Source: an uncultured Spirochaetales bacterium
GTDB taxonomy: Bacteria > Myxococcota_A > UBA9160 > UBA6930
Assembly: GCA_964501435.1 (NCBI GenBank)
Contig: CAZCTH010000010.1
Location: 3,788-67,787, forward strand
Direction: 5' to 3'
Length of the DNA stretch: 64,000 nucleotides
In this document: in pieces, positions 48,147-59,456 of the stretch
Layout of the letters: each line of letters opens with the position of its first letter
Position numbering within the stretch: position 1 is the first letter of the stretch
Position numbers and translations under genes: made by a program
Notes under the pieces: generated by a model
Database searches by the model: none
The model's input: the letters and a program-made list of their open reading frames with translations, nothing else
What the model was told of the DNA's origin: nothing

Positions 48147-49004
48147 ATGATCGTCGGTCGCGTCGCGGAGATCTGGCGTCACCCGGTGAAGTCGATGGAG
48201 GGCGAGCGCATCGAGCGCGCGACGCTCGGCGCGAACGGCATCCCGGGCGACCGCGCCTGGGCCGTGCGCGACGAGGAGCGCGGCGGCATTCGCGGCGCGA
48301 AGAAGATCCCCCTACTGATGACGTGCCGGGCGCGTTACGCGAGCGAGCCCGCGCCCGGCGCGCCCGCGCCGGCACCCGAGATCACGCTGCCGGGCGGCGC
48401 GACGCTGCGCGCCGGCGACCCGGACGCCGCGCAGCGCATCAGCGCCGCGGTGGGCCGCAAGGTGACGCTCTGGCCGCTGCTGCCCGCGAGCGCGCTCGAC
48501 CACTACAAGCGCGGCGCGCCGGACCATCCCGACGTGATCACCGAGCTGCGCGCGATGTTCGGGCGCACGCCCGACGAGCCGCTGCCGGACTTCACGAAGT
48601 TCCCGCCCGAGCTGATGCAGTACGAGTCGCCGCCCGGCACCTACTTCGACGCGTACCCGCTGCTGATCGTGAGCGAGGCGACGCTGCGCAAGCTGCGGGC
48701 CCTCGCGCCGAGCTCCGTGATCGACGTGCGGCGCTTCCGCCCGAACCTCGTGATCGCGACCGAGACCGAGGGCTTCCCGGAGCTCGCCTGGACGGGCAAG
48801 CCGCTGCGGGTCGGCGGCGCGACCGTCGACGTCGTCGGGCCCTGCCCGCGCTGCGTGATGATCACCCACGGCTTCGGCGCGATCCCGCAAGACGCCGGCC
48901 TGATGCGCACCGTCGTGAAGGAGGCCGACCAGAACGTCGGCGCCTACGCGAGCGTCGCGCGCGGCGGCGAGGTGCGGGTCGGCGACGCCGTCGAGGTCGG
49001 CTGA
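48147..49004 (+). CDS. MOSC-domain protein
   Basis: IWRHPVKSM, GDRAWA, RRFRPNLV, CPRCVM; AAGGAG RBS. Confidence 0.9.
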   Translation: MIVGRVAEIWRHPVKSMEGERIERATLGANGIPGDRAWAVRDEERGGIRGAKKIPLLMTCRARYASEPAPGAPAPAPEITLPGGATLRAGDPDAAQRISAAVGRKVTLWPLLPASALDHYKRGAPDHPDVITELRAMFGRTPDEPLPDFTKFPPELMQYESPPGTYFDAYPLLIVSEATLRKLRALAPSSVIDVRRFRPNLVIATETEGFPELAWTGKPLRVGGATVDVVGPCPRCVMITHGFGAIPQDAGLMRTVVKEADQNVGAYASVARGGEVRVGDAVEVG

Positions 49005-49117
49005 GGCCCTGCCCCGGGCCGGCCCGTCCGTCGGACCCGGGCTCCGCGGGCGGCGCGCGGCCTGCGTTATGTTCGCGACGGAACAACGCGGCCCGGAGCC
49101 GCAAGCGAGGACCCCAC

Positions 49118-50557
49118 ATGCAGAAGTTTCTCCAGCACTACATCGATGGCCGCTGGGTGGATTCGAGCGAGCCGAAGATGCTCGACGTCATGAACCCGGC
49201 GACCGACGAGGCGATCGCGCAGATCGCGCTCGGCGGGGCGAAGGACGTGGACATCGCGGTGAACGCCGCGCGCCGCGCCTTCGAAACCTACTCGCGGACC
49301 ACGAAGGCCGAGCGCCTCGACCTGCTGAAGCGCATCGTCGCCTCGTACCAGAAGCGCTACGACGAGCTCGCCACCACGATCTCCAAGGAGATGGGCGCGC
49401 CGATCTGGCTGTCGAAGGCCGCGCAGGCCGCGACCGGCCTCGGCCACTTCGCCACCGCGATCGCCATCCTCGAGAAGTTCGAGTTCGAGGAGAAGCGCGG
49501 CACGTCGCTCGTCGCGAAGGAGCCCGTCGGCGTCGTCGCGATGATCACGCCGTGGAACTGGCCGATCAACCAGATCGCCTGCAAGGTCGCCCCGGCGCTC
49601 GCCGCGGGCTGCACGATCGTGCTGAAGCCCACCGAGATCGCGCCGCTGAACGCGATCATCTTCGCCGAGATCCTGAACGACGCCGGCGTTCCGCCGGGCG
49701 TGTTCAATCTCGTGAACGGCGACGGCCCGACCGTCGGCGAGGCGCTCTCGTCGCACCCGGGCGTGGACATGGTCTCGTTCACCGGCTCGACGCGCGCGGG
49801 CATCTCCGTCGCGAAGAACGCGGCGAACACCGTGAAGCGCGTGTCCCAGGAGCTGGGCGGCAAGTCGGCGAACATCATCCTCGAGGACGCCGACATCGCG
49901 GCGTCGGTCGCGGCGGGCGTGCGCCAGTGCTTCATGAACAGCGGCCAGTCGTGCAACGCGCCGACGCGCATGCTGGTGCCCGCGAGCAAGCACGAAGAGG
50001 CGTGCAAGGTCGCGGCGGCCACGGCGGCCCAGATCAAGGTGGGCGATCCGTTCGCGGAAGGCACCGTGATCGGCCCGGTCGCGAGCGAGATGCAGTTCAA
50101 GAAGATCCAGGGCCTGATCCAGAAGGGCATCGACGAAGGCGCGCAGCTCGTCGCGGGCGGCACCGGCCGGCCGGACGGGCTCAGCAAGGGTTGTTACGTG
50201 AAGCCGACCGTGTTCGGTGGCGTGCGCAACGACATGACGATCGCGCGCGACGAGATCTTCGGGCCGGTGCTCGCGATCCTGCCGTACAAGGACGAGGAAG
50301 ACGCGATCCGCATCGCGAACGACACCGTCTACGGCCTCTCGGGCTACGTGCAGTCCGGAAGCCTCGAGCACGCGCGCAAGGTCGCCCTGCGGCTGCGCAC
50401 GGGCAACGTGCACCTGAACGGCGCGCAGATGGACATGAACGCGCCCTTCGGCGGCTACAAGCAGTCGGGCAACGGCCGCGAGTGGGGCGTCGAAGGCCTC
50501 GAGGAGTTCCTCGAGACCAAGGCGGTCCTCGGCTGGGAAGCGCCCGCGAAGAAGTAG
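49118..50557 (+). CDS. Aldehyde dehydrogenase
   Basis: ITPWNWP, FTGSTRAG, ELGGKS, GQSCNAP, EIFGPV, PFGGYKQSG. Confidence 0.95.
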   Translation: MQKFLQHYIDGRWVDSSEPKMLDVMNPATDEAIAQIALGGAKDVDIAVNAARRAFETYSRTTKAERLDLLKRIVASYQKRYDELATTISKEMGAPIWLSKAAQAATGLGHFATAIAILEKFEFEEKRGTSLVAKEPVGVVAMITPWNWPINQIACKVAPALAAGCTIVLKPTEIAPLNAIIFAEILNDAGVPPGVFNLVNGDGPTVGEALSSHPGVDMVSFTGSTRAGISVAKNAANTVKRVSQELGGKSANIILEDADIAASVAAGVRQCFMNSGQSCNAPTRMLVPASKHEEACKVAAATAAQIKVGDPFAEGTVIGPVASEMQFKKIQGLIQKGIDEGAQLVAGGTGRPDGLSKGCYVKPTVFGGVRNDMTIARDEIFGPVLAILPYKDEEDAIRIANDTVYGLSGYVQSGSLEHARKVALRLRTGNVHLNGAQMDMNAPFGGYKQSGNGREWGVEGLEEFLETKAVLGWEAPAKK

Positions 50558-50575
50558 CGAGCGCCTTTCGCTTCC

Positions 50576-50611
50576 GGCCCCCGCGCACCTTCGGGTGCGC
50601 GGGGGCCTTTT
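50576..50611 (+). terminator. Rho-independent terminator
   Basis: 14-bp stem GGCCCCCGCGCACC, TTCG loop, GGTGCGCGGGGGCC, then TTTT. Confidence 0.88.
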
Positions 50612-50763
50612 CGTTGCGGCGCGGCAGCGGACGTCGACGCGCCATTGGCCCGCCGAGTGCGGCGCTAGCGGAATCCGCGCGCGGCCCCGTCCTCGGAATC
50701 GACGACGCGGGTCCTCCGAACCGAGGACGGCGCGCGCACGCCGCCGCGCGCAAGCTGCCGCGC

Positions 50764-51834
50764 ATGGCCCAACAACTCGCATCGATCCGCGGTTCTCGCC
50801 CCTCTCCGGTCGTCGCCCCTGCGGCCCTCGCACTCGCGGCGCTCGCGTCGCTCTTCGCGCCGTCGCCAGGGCGCGCGCAGGGCGCCCCGTCGAACGCCGC
50901 AGAGAGCGGCGGCGCCTTCGCCGGCGCGCCGTCCCCGCGCGCCGGCGAGGCGCCGTCCGAGCGCGCCTGGCGCGGCGGGGTGCGCGCGTTCGTCGAGTAC
51001 GACAGCAACGTCGGCCTCACCGAGGAACAGGCGCCCGCGCCTTACGACTACCAAGGGGCCTTCCGCACGGGTCTCGCGGCCTCGGGCTCCCTCCGCTTGT
51101 GGGGCGACGACGCGTTCGCGCTCGGCGTCGGCGGGTTCGCGTCCCAGTCCCTGACCGCCGGCGACGACTATGCCGACGAGTACGCGCTCTCGACGCTGTC
51201 GCCGCAGGCGTGGGCCTCGGCCGCGTTCTCGCTCGGCGATCGCCCCGCCTCCGCGCAGCTCGCCTACCAGTACCGCCGCGATTGGCTGACGGGCGACGAC
51301 TTCGAGCGCAGCCACAGCGTGCGCGCGGCCGCGAGCGTGCGCGCGAGCGAGTCGCTCGAGATCGCCGCACGCTGGTCGCTCGCGTTCGAGGACTTCGACG
51401 CGACTGGCTTCCACGCCCTCGACGCCCGCCGCGACGCGGACCATCAGCGGCTGGGGCTGACGGCGACCTGGCAACGCGCGGACTCGCCGCACTCGCTCGC
51501 GATCGGCTGGGAGTGGCTCGACAACCAGGCCGAGCAGCGCGACTTCGACTTCTCGGGCCACGCCGCGACGGCGCGCTTCGTGACGCGCGTCCCGGCGGCG
51601 TGGTTCGTCGGGCTCGAGCTGTTCGGCGCCTACAGCAGCGTCGACTACGACCACTACACGACCACGCCGCGGCGCGAGGCGCGCACCCAGCTGTACCGGG
51701 TACGGGCCTGGGTGCCGCTCTCGCGCCACTGGGTCGTCGACGCGGGGGTGAGCCACCTCCGCATCGGCGCCGACCAGGCACGCTTCCGCTCGAAGCGCAC
51801 CGCGATCACCGCGGGCGCTGCCTACCTGTTCTGA
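50764..51834 (+). CDS. Outer-membrane beta-barrel protein
   Basis: Signal peptide; EYDSNV; regular alternating strands; ends GAAYLF. Confidence 0.72.
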   Translation: MAQQLASIRGSRPSPVVAPAALALAALASLFAPSPGRAQGAPSNAAESGGAFAGAPSPRAGEAPSERAWRGGVRAFVEYDSNVGLTEEQAPAPYDYQGAFRTGLAASGSLRLWGDDAFALGVGGFASQSLTAGDDYADEYALSTLSPQAWASAAFSLGDRPASAQLAYQYRRDWLTGDDFERSHSVRAAASVRASESLEIAARWSLAFEDFDATGFHALDARRDADHQRLGLTATWQRADSPHSLAIGWEWLDNQAEQRDFDFSGHAATARFVTRVPAAWFVGLELFGAYSSVDYDHYTTTPRREARTQLYRVRAWVPLSRHWVVDAGVSHLRIGADQARFRSKRTAITAGAAYLF

Positions 51835-53553
<1,719 letters not shown>

Positions 53554-53590
53554 CCACCCGCGCGCGGTGCGGCCGTGCGGCCTCGCACGC

Positions 53591-54505
53591 TCAGCGCGCG
53601 TGGGCGCGCACGAAGTCGCACATCTCCTCGACGGCGGTGATCGCCTCGCGCGGCTCCTCGGCGCAGGCGACGAACGCAACTTCGTCGTCCGGATACTTCG
53701 CGCCGTAGCGCATGCGGCACGGTCCGTTCAGGATCCAGATGTGCTCGACGTCGGCGTACTCGGTGATCTGCACCGTCACTCCCGCGGCGCGCGCGTTCGC
53801 GGCGAGCCGGATGCTGTCGTCGTGGCAGACGTCGCGCCCCGCGGCCTGGACGAGCAGCGGGCTCAGGCCGCGCAGATCGCGGTACACGGGCGAGTGGCGC
53901 GGATCCTTCGCGTCGACGCCGCCGGTCGAGAGCAGCGTTTTCGAGAGCACGCGCACCAGCTCGTGGCGGATGTCGCACTGGTTGCGCACCGGGTCGTCGA
54001 GCGACGGCGTCGCCAGCGCGATGTCCGCCCAGAGCGAGTTCAGCATGCCGCAGGCGGGCTGCGGCAGGCCGAGGTCGCGCGCGTCGGCCATCAGCGAGAC
54101 GGTGAGCGCGCCGCCCGCGGAGTCGCCCGCCACCGCGACGCGGCCCGGCGCGAAGCCGCCCGGCCCGATCAGGTGGCGGTAGACGGCGAGCACGTCTTCG
54201 TGTGCGGCCGGGAACGGGAAGCGCGGCGCGAGCCGATAGTCGGCGGCGACGACGCGCACGCCGAGGCCGAGCGCGAGCCGCGCCGTCGCGCGCCGCGCCC
54301 AGGCGGCGAGCCCGCTCGAGTAGCCGCCGCCGTGCAGGTAGAGCACCACGCGGCTCGGGTCGGAGACGCCCTCCGCCGGCGCGGTCCACTCGACGGGCAC
54401 GCCCGCGAGCTCGTCGCGGGTGAAGTGCACGCCGGCGGGCGTGCAGAGCACCGGCGCGAAGAAGCGCTCCTGGGCGGCGATCTGGGCGGCGAGCTCGGGC
54501 GTCAT
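53591..54505 (-). CDS. Alpha/beta hydrolase (HSL-family esterase)
   Basis: HGGGY, DYRLAP, GDSAGG, EHIW. Confidence 0.9.
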   Translation of the reverse strand: MTPELAAQIAAQERFFAPVLCTPAGVHFTRDELAGVPVEWTAPAEGVSDPSRVVLYLHGGGYSSGLAAWARRATARLALGLGVRVVAADYRLAPRFPFPAAHEDVLAVYRHLIGPGGFAPGRVAVAGDSAGGALTVSLMADARDLGLPQPACGMLNSLWADIALATPSLDDPVRNQCDIRHELVRVLSKTLLSTGGVDAKDPRHSPVYRDLRGLSPLLVQAAGRDVCHDDSIRLAANARAAGVTVQITEYADVEHIWILNGPCRMRYGAKYPDDEVAFVACAEEPREAITAVEEMCDFVRAHAR

Positions 54506-54508
54506 CGC

Positions 54509-55297
54509 CTACTCGAACTCGGGCGAGAAGCGGATGTCGTCCTTCGCGAGGCCGTCGAGCACGACCTGCAGCCCGCCGCTCTTGATCATCCACTCGAGGC
54601 GGTGGTCGCGGTACTCGCGCTTGAACTGGCCCGAGGCGACCAGCTCGCCGACCGCGTTCATGCCGGCGATCGAAGCCGTCGCCTCCGCCGCCGTCTGCGC
54701 CACGGACGGGCGCGCGTTCGCGCGCGCCGCCCAGGCCGCGAGTCTCGAGCCCGCCGGCGGCGTCAGGCCGAAGCCCGCCGAGCCGTTGACGTACGGGATC
54801 ACCGAGAGATCGGCCCAGCCGAACGAGGCGCCGCCGAACCACTCGGCGCCGCCCAGCTGCTTCTCGAGCCAGCGCTGCCAGGCGGCGACCTGCTCCCCCG
54901 CCTTCGCGAAGATCTTCTCGCCGAGGGCGCCCTTCGCGCGGCCGAAGAAGCGCAGCTCGCCGAGGCCCCAGTTGATCGCCTCGTAGTGCGTGTCCATCGC
55001 GTCCTCGATCATGCGCGCGCGCGCGCGCGCCGCAGGCTCGCGCGGCAGGAGCGGCGGCGTCGGCCACTTGTCCTCGATGTACTCGCCGATGATCGTGGAA
55101 TCGAAGATGCGGGCGTCGCCGTCGACGAGCGCCGGAACCTCGCCGCGCGGAGAGGCGCTGGTGAAGTCGGCGCCGTAGCCCGCGCCCGAGCCGATGCCGG
55201 TCGGGAGCTTCAGCTCGAAGGGCACGCCCTTCTCGCGCAGCGCGATCTTGTTCTTCTGCGCGTAGGGAGAGAGCGGGTGTTCGAAGAGCGTGAGCAT
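54509..55297 (-). CDS. Glutathione S-transferase family protein
   Basis: HPLSPYAQK, SPRGEVPAL, FDSTIIGEYIED, FGWADL. Confidence 0.9.
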   Translation of the reverse strand: MLTLFEHPLSPYAQKNKIALREKGVPFELKLPTGIGSGAGYGADFTSASPRGEVPALVDGDARIFDSTIIGEYIEDKWPTPPLLPREPAARARARMIEDAMDTHYEAINWGLGELRFFGRAKGALGEKIFAKAGEQVAAWQRWLEKQLGGAEWFGGASFGWADLSVIPYVNGSAGFGLTPPAGSRLAAWAARANARPSVAQTAAEATASIAGMNAVGELVASGQFKREYRDHRLEWMIKSGGLQVVLDGLAKDDIRFSPEFE

Positions 55298-55377
55298 GGC
55301 GATCTCCTATCGAGGTGCGCGGGCCGGGAGACGATGCCGCGGGCGGCGCGCGATTGCCCGCCGCGGGCCCCGGGCGT

Positions 55378-58290
55378 TCACGCGAGGCTCGCGAGCAGGA
55401 GCGCAGCGTCGCGAAGGTCCGCGGTGTCGGACCCCTCGACGAACGCGCCGTGGACCTCTCGCAGCTGCGCCGCGACCTCGCCGCCGCGCCCGGAGCGCTG
55501 CCGAAAGCGCGCGAGGCTGACGACGGCGCGCAGCTCGAGCGAGCGCGCGCGCTGCGCGCGCGCGATGGCCAACGCGTCGGCAAAACGCTCCTCCGCCGCA
55601 GCGGCGCCGCCGCCCCCGCCCGCGAGAGCCTGCAGCGCACGCGCTTCGCCGGCGAGGCGATGGAGCTCCGCGTCGTGGATCGATTCCTCGCTGCGGCGAC
55701 CGATCTCGAACGCGCGCGCGACGAGCGCGAGCGCACGCTCGGCGTCTCCGCGGCGCAGCACGAGCTCCGCGATCAGCGCCAAAAAGTACGGCTGGACGAG
55801 CATCGCGCCGGTATTCCCGTAATCGACCAAGCCGGCTTCCATCTCGGCGATGCCCGCGTCGAGCTGCCCCGCGCGCGCGACCGCCCAGCCGCGGAACATC
55901 GCGCCGACGGCGAGGTACATCGCGAAGCCATGCTCCCGGCACACGGCGATCGTCTCCTCCGCGCGCTCGCGCGTGCGCGACACGTCGCCGCGCGCCTGCT
56001 CGACGAACGCCCCGAACGCGAGCGCGAACGCGAGACTGAACGGATGCGAAAGCTCGCGCGCGAGCGCGATGGCGGCTTCGCTCTCGAGGCGCGCGCGCGC
56101 GGGAAACCCGAGGATCCACTGCGCCCACGCCGCGTACGACCGGCCCGCGGCCCCCGGGTCGTGGAGCAGCCGAAAGCCCGGCGGCAGCTGCTTGACCGCG
56201 CCATACGCGATGCGACTGCGCTCGAGGTCGTTGGCCGCGGCAGCGAGCTCGCCCCGGAAGAATCGGCTGATCCCGAGGGCGGTCTCGGCCTGGGTGAGGT
56301 AGCGCGGGGACTGGCGCCGCCGCGCGATGCGGCAGCACTCTTCGCCGAGCGCCTGCGCCTCGCCGGTGCGGCCCGCGAGCAGCACCGCTGCGCTGCGGCC
56401 CATCAAGACGCCGAACAGCTGGCGCTCGTCGCCCGTCTGGCGCGCGAGCGCCTCGGCGCGCGCGAACGCTTCGTCGACCTCGACCGCCGCGTAGCCGCGC
56501 GTGACCATCTCCGCCGGAGCGAGCGCCATCCGGAGTGCGAACTCGCGCTGGGCGCGCGAGGCGTCGTCCGGCAGCAGCGCGAGCAGATCGAGCGCGCGCG
56601 TGAGCCCGCGGATCACCTCGGGATAGGCGGCGCGCTCGGCCGCATTGCTCGCGGCCAGCGACAGGTACGAGACGGCGCGCGCGTGGTCGCGGCTTTGCTC
56701 GAAATGCGTGGCCAGCTCGGCGGCGATCTGGCCGACGCGGTCGCCGAACGCCTGCTCGAGCCGTTCGCCCGCCCGGCGATGCAGCCGCGCGCGCTGGCTC
56801 GGCGTGAGCGACGCGTAGAGCACGTCCGCATACAGCGCGTGGATGAACGCATAGCGCCGCGTCGGCGTGCCGTCCGGCCATTCCTCGTCGCTCGCGAAGG
56901 TGAGGAACTGCCCGCGCCGAGCGAGCCCTTCACAGGCGTCGCTCGAGGGCTCGACGTCGGCCTGCACGAGGTGCGCGGCCAGCACGTCCGAGAAGTGGGC
57001 CCCCACCACGCTCCCCGCGGAGAGCAGGGCGCGCTCCTGCGGGCCGACCTGATCGAGCTGGCGGTCGATCAGGGCGCGCAGGCTCGCGGGCACGGAGGCC
57101 TCCACCGCGCGGATGTCGCCGCACAGCGTCCAGCGGCCCTCTTCCTCTTTGACGAGGCCGCGCGTCACGAGGTAGTCCGCGGTGTTCACCATGAACAGCG
57201 CATTCCCGTCGGTGCGCCGGTGCAGCACGGCGCCCAGCGTCTCGCGCAGCCCGGGGAAGCGGGCCGCGACGTAATCCGAGACCGCGCCGAGGGAGAGAAA
57301 GCCGATCGGCAGCTCGTGACAGAGCCGGTGCGCCACGAGCTCCTGCTTCACGCGCAGCGGATGGACCGCGGCGCCGAGCTCGAACGGCCGGAGCGTCGCG
57401 AGCACGAGCAGGCGGGCCGGCTCCCGGCGGCGCGCGATGAACGCGAGCAAGTCGAGGCTCGACCGATCCGCCCAATGCAGATCCTCGAGGGCGAGCACGA
57501 GCGCGTCGGTCTGGGTCAGCCGCTCGACGGCCTCCGCCATCTCGCGCAGCATGCGCTCGGGCGGCGCGCCGGCCACCTGACGCAGCAGCACTTCGCGCTC
57601 CTCCGCGCCAACGACGGCGGGAAGCTGCGCGAGCCACATCGGTGCGACCTCGCGCAGCGTCTGCACCACGAAGCCGCCGCGGGGCGTCCGGCACAGGCTT
57701 CCGAGCGCGTCGAGCCACGGGAGGAACGCCTCGGCGGCGCCGTACGACTCGATGCACTGTCCGCGGGCGACGCGAACGCCGGGCCGCGCCGCAGCGTCCG
57801 CGAGGAATGCATCCGCGACGGCCGTCTTCCCGACGCCCGCTTCGCCGGAGACCAGCACGATCTGACGCGCGCCAGCTTCGGCCGCCGCAAGCCACTCGCC
57901 GAGGCGCGCGAGCTCCTCGGCCCGGCCGACGATCGCGCGCGCGCTCGCGACCGTCGCCGGCGCCGCTCGCGCACCCGGCGGCGCTGCGCCGTGAACGGTT
58001 CCGACGAAGCGATAGCCCCGCCGATGAACCGTCTGAATGAAGGTGGGCCGGCTGGGGCCGTCGCCGAGCGCTCGGCGAATCTCGCGGATCGCCGTCGTCA
58101 GTGAGCTGTCGCTCACGGCGGCGTCCGGCCAGACCTCGCGCAGCAGCTCGTCCTTCGTGACGAGCCGATCGCGATGCAGCGCGAGGTAGCGCAAGACGGC
58201 GAACGCCTTGGGCGTGAGCGCGAGCGGTGCTTCGCCCAGCCACGCGCGCTCGTCGGCGAGATCCAGCAACAGCGAAGCGGCCTGCGTCAT
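55378..58290 (-). CDS. Winged-helix / AAA (STAND) / TPR transcriptional regulator
   Basis: LTPKAFAVL...TVHRRGYRF wHTH; Walker A GEAGVGKT; EDLHWAD; helical repeats; C-terminal RSLELRA. Confidence 0.88.
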   Translation of the reverse strand: MTQAASLLLDLADERAWLGEAPLALTPKAFAVLRYLALHRDRLVTKDELLREVWPDAAVSDSSLTTAIREIRRALGDGPSRPTFIQTVHRRGYRFVGTVHGAAPPGARAAPATVASARAIVGRAEELARLGEWLAAAEAGARQIVLVSGEAGVGKTAVADAFLADAAARPGVRVARGQCIESYGAAEAFLPWLDALGSLCRTPRGGFVVQTLREVAPMWLAQLPAVVGAEEREVLLRQVAGAPPERMLREMAEAVERLTQTDALVLALEDLHWADRSSLDLLAFIARRREPARLLVLATLRPFELGAAVHPLRVKQELVAHRLCHELPIGFLSLGAVSDYVAARFPGLRETLGAVLHRRTDGNALFMVNTADYLVTRGLVKEEEGRWTLCGDIRAVEASVPASLRALIDRQLDQVGPQERALLSAGSVVGAHFSDVLAAHLVQADVEPSSDACEGLARRGQFLTFASDEEWPDGTPTRRYAFIHALYADVLYASLTPSQRARLHRRAGERLEQAFGDRVGQIAAELATHFEQSRDHARAVSYLSLAASNAAERAAYPEVIRGLTRALDLLALLPDDASRAQREFALRMALAPAEMVTRGYAAVEVDEAFARAEALARQTGDERQLFGVLMGRSAAVLLAGRTGEAQALGEECCRIARRRQSPRYLTQAETALGISRFFRGELAAAANDLERSRIAYGAVKQLPPGFRLLHDPGAAGRSYAAWAQWILGFPARARLESEAAIALARELSHPFSLAFALAFGAFVEQARGDVSRTRERAEETIAVCREHGFAMYLAVGAMFRGWAVARAGQLDAGIAEMEAGLVDYGNTGAMLVQPYFLALIAELVLRRGDAERALALVARAFEIGRRSEESIHDAELHRLAGEARALQALAGGGGGAAAAEERFADALAIARAQRARSLELRAVVSLARFRQRSGRGGEVAAQLREVHGAFVEGSDTADLRDAALLLASLA

Positions 58291-58621
58291 GGCGTGCAAT
58301 CTCGGATCGCTCTCGGGAGTCGCTCGGACTCCGATCCTCGCGCAGCGTATCTCAGCGAGGCGGCGCGCACGGGCCTCCGCCGCGGCCCGCGACCCGTGCG
58401 GGGCGAGCGACCTCGCCGAGGCGCTGCGCCCTTGGGCGCATGGCCCGACGTCGGATGCGCATCGCGCGCATCCCGCGCGATCTACGGGGGCGACGACCGC
58501 GCGCGATCGGCGCGACTGCCCGCCCGCGGCGTGGGGCGCCGAGCGCGCGCGAGCGCAGGAAAGTGACGCGCGGCCCGCGCTTCGAGACGCGGGCCGCGCG
58601 TGGAGTCGTTCGCGGCTGCGC

Positions 58622-58999
58622 CTACTTCTTCAGGCGGTGCAGCGCGCAGAGCTTGTTGCCCGACGGATCGCGCAGGTACGCGAGGTACATGCCCGAGCCC
58701 GGCCGCTCGCCCGGCGGGTCCTCGCAGGTGGTGCCGCCGTTCGCGACGCCAGCGTCGTGCCACGCCTTCGCCTTCTCCGGCGAGTCGACGGCAAAGCCGA
58801 TCGTGCTGCCATTTCCGCCGCCCGCCGGCGCGCCGTTGATCGGCTTCGTGATGGCGAAGATGCCCGTGGGCGTGAAGTAGAACACGCGGCCCTTGTCGTC
58901 GGCGGTGCCGGGCTTGTAGCCGAGCGCGCCGAGGGCGGCGTCGTAGAACTTCTTCGATGCGGCGACGTCGTTCGCGCCGACCATGATGTGACTGAACAT
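58622..58999 (-). CDS. VOC/glyoxalase family protein
   Basis: MFSHIMVG, GNGSTIGF, AYLRDPSGNKLC. Confidence 0.9.
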   Translation of the reverse strand: MFSHIMVGANDVAASKKFYDAALGALGYKPGTADDKGRVFYFTPTGIFAITKPINGAPAGGGNGSTIGFAVDSPEKAKAWHDAGVANGGTTCEDPPGERPGSGMYLAYLRDPSGNKLCALHRLKK

Positions 59000-59094
59000 C
59001 TGCGTTCCTCCTGAATGGAATGAGACGGGCGGATGCTACCGCGACGGACGCGCGGCCGAAGCCCGCGATCTCACGGGTGACGCCCACAGTGAGC

Positions 59095-59424
59095 TCACGG
59101 GCGACGCCAGCGGATCGGCTTCTTGCCTTCGCGGACGACGAGCCGCTTCGCTTCGAGGTCGAGCTGCACGCATTTCGTCCACCAGCCGGCCTTGCTCGCG
59201 AGCTCGCCGCGCAGCCGTTGGCGGACGCCCGCGATCATCTCCGCCTGCGTGAGCCCGCCCTGGCGGGGCAGCGCCGCGAGCAAGGCGGCCTTGGCTTCCC
59301 GGTACTTGGCGCCGTCGACGGTGCTCGTCTTGCCCGGGTGATTGACGTTCTCGACCACCACGCGGTCCGCCCCGGCCGGCTTCGCCGCAGGTCGACGCGA
59401 CTTCGCGGACACGCGTTTCGCCAT
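59095..59424 (-). CDS. Small DUF6958-like protein
   Basis: NVNHPGK, KY...K, GWWTKCVQLDLEAK; GGAGAC-like RBS; C-terminal part of a longer track ORF. Confidence 0.72.
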   Translation of the reverse strand: MAKRVSAKSRRPAAKPAGADRVVVENVNHPGKTSTVDGAKYREAKAALLAALPRQGGLTQAEMIAGVRQRLRGELASKAGWWTKCVQLDLEAKRLVVREGKKPIRWRRP

Positions 59425-59456
59425 CGGTCCCGTCTCCTTCGTCCGGATGGCGCGCT

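Noticed and set aside
50646-50660. Third sigma-54 motif (TGGCCCGCCGAGTGC) before the barrel gene
   Set aside because: Spacing is right but the match is weak (CCC for CAC, GTGC followed by G), which is plausible by chance at this GC content.
55378-58290. Avs/NLR-like antiphage STAND system
   Set aside because: The N-terminus is an OmpR-type winged helix, not a nuclease, TIR or SIR2 effector, and the neighbours are metabolic genes.
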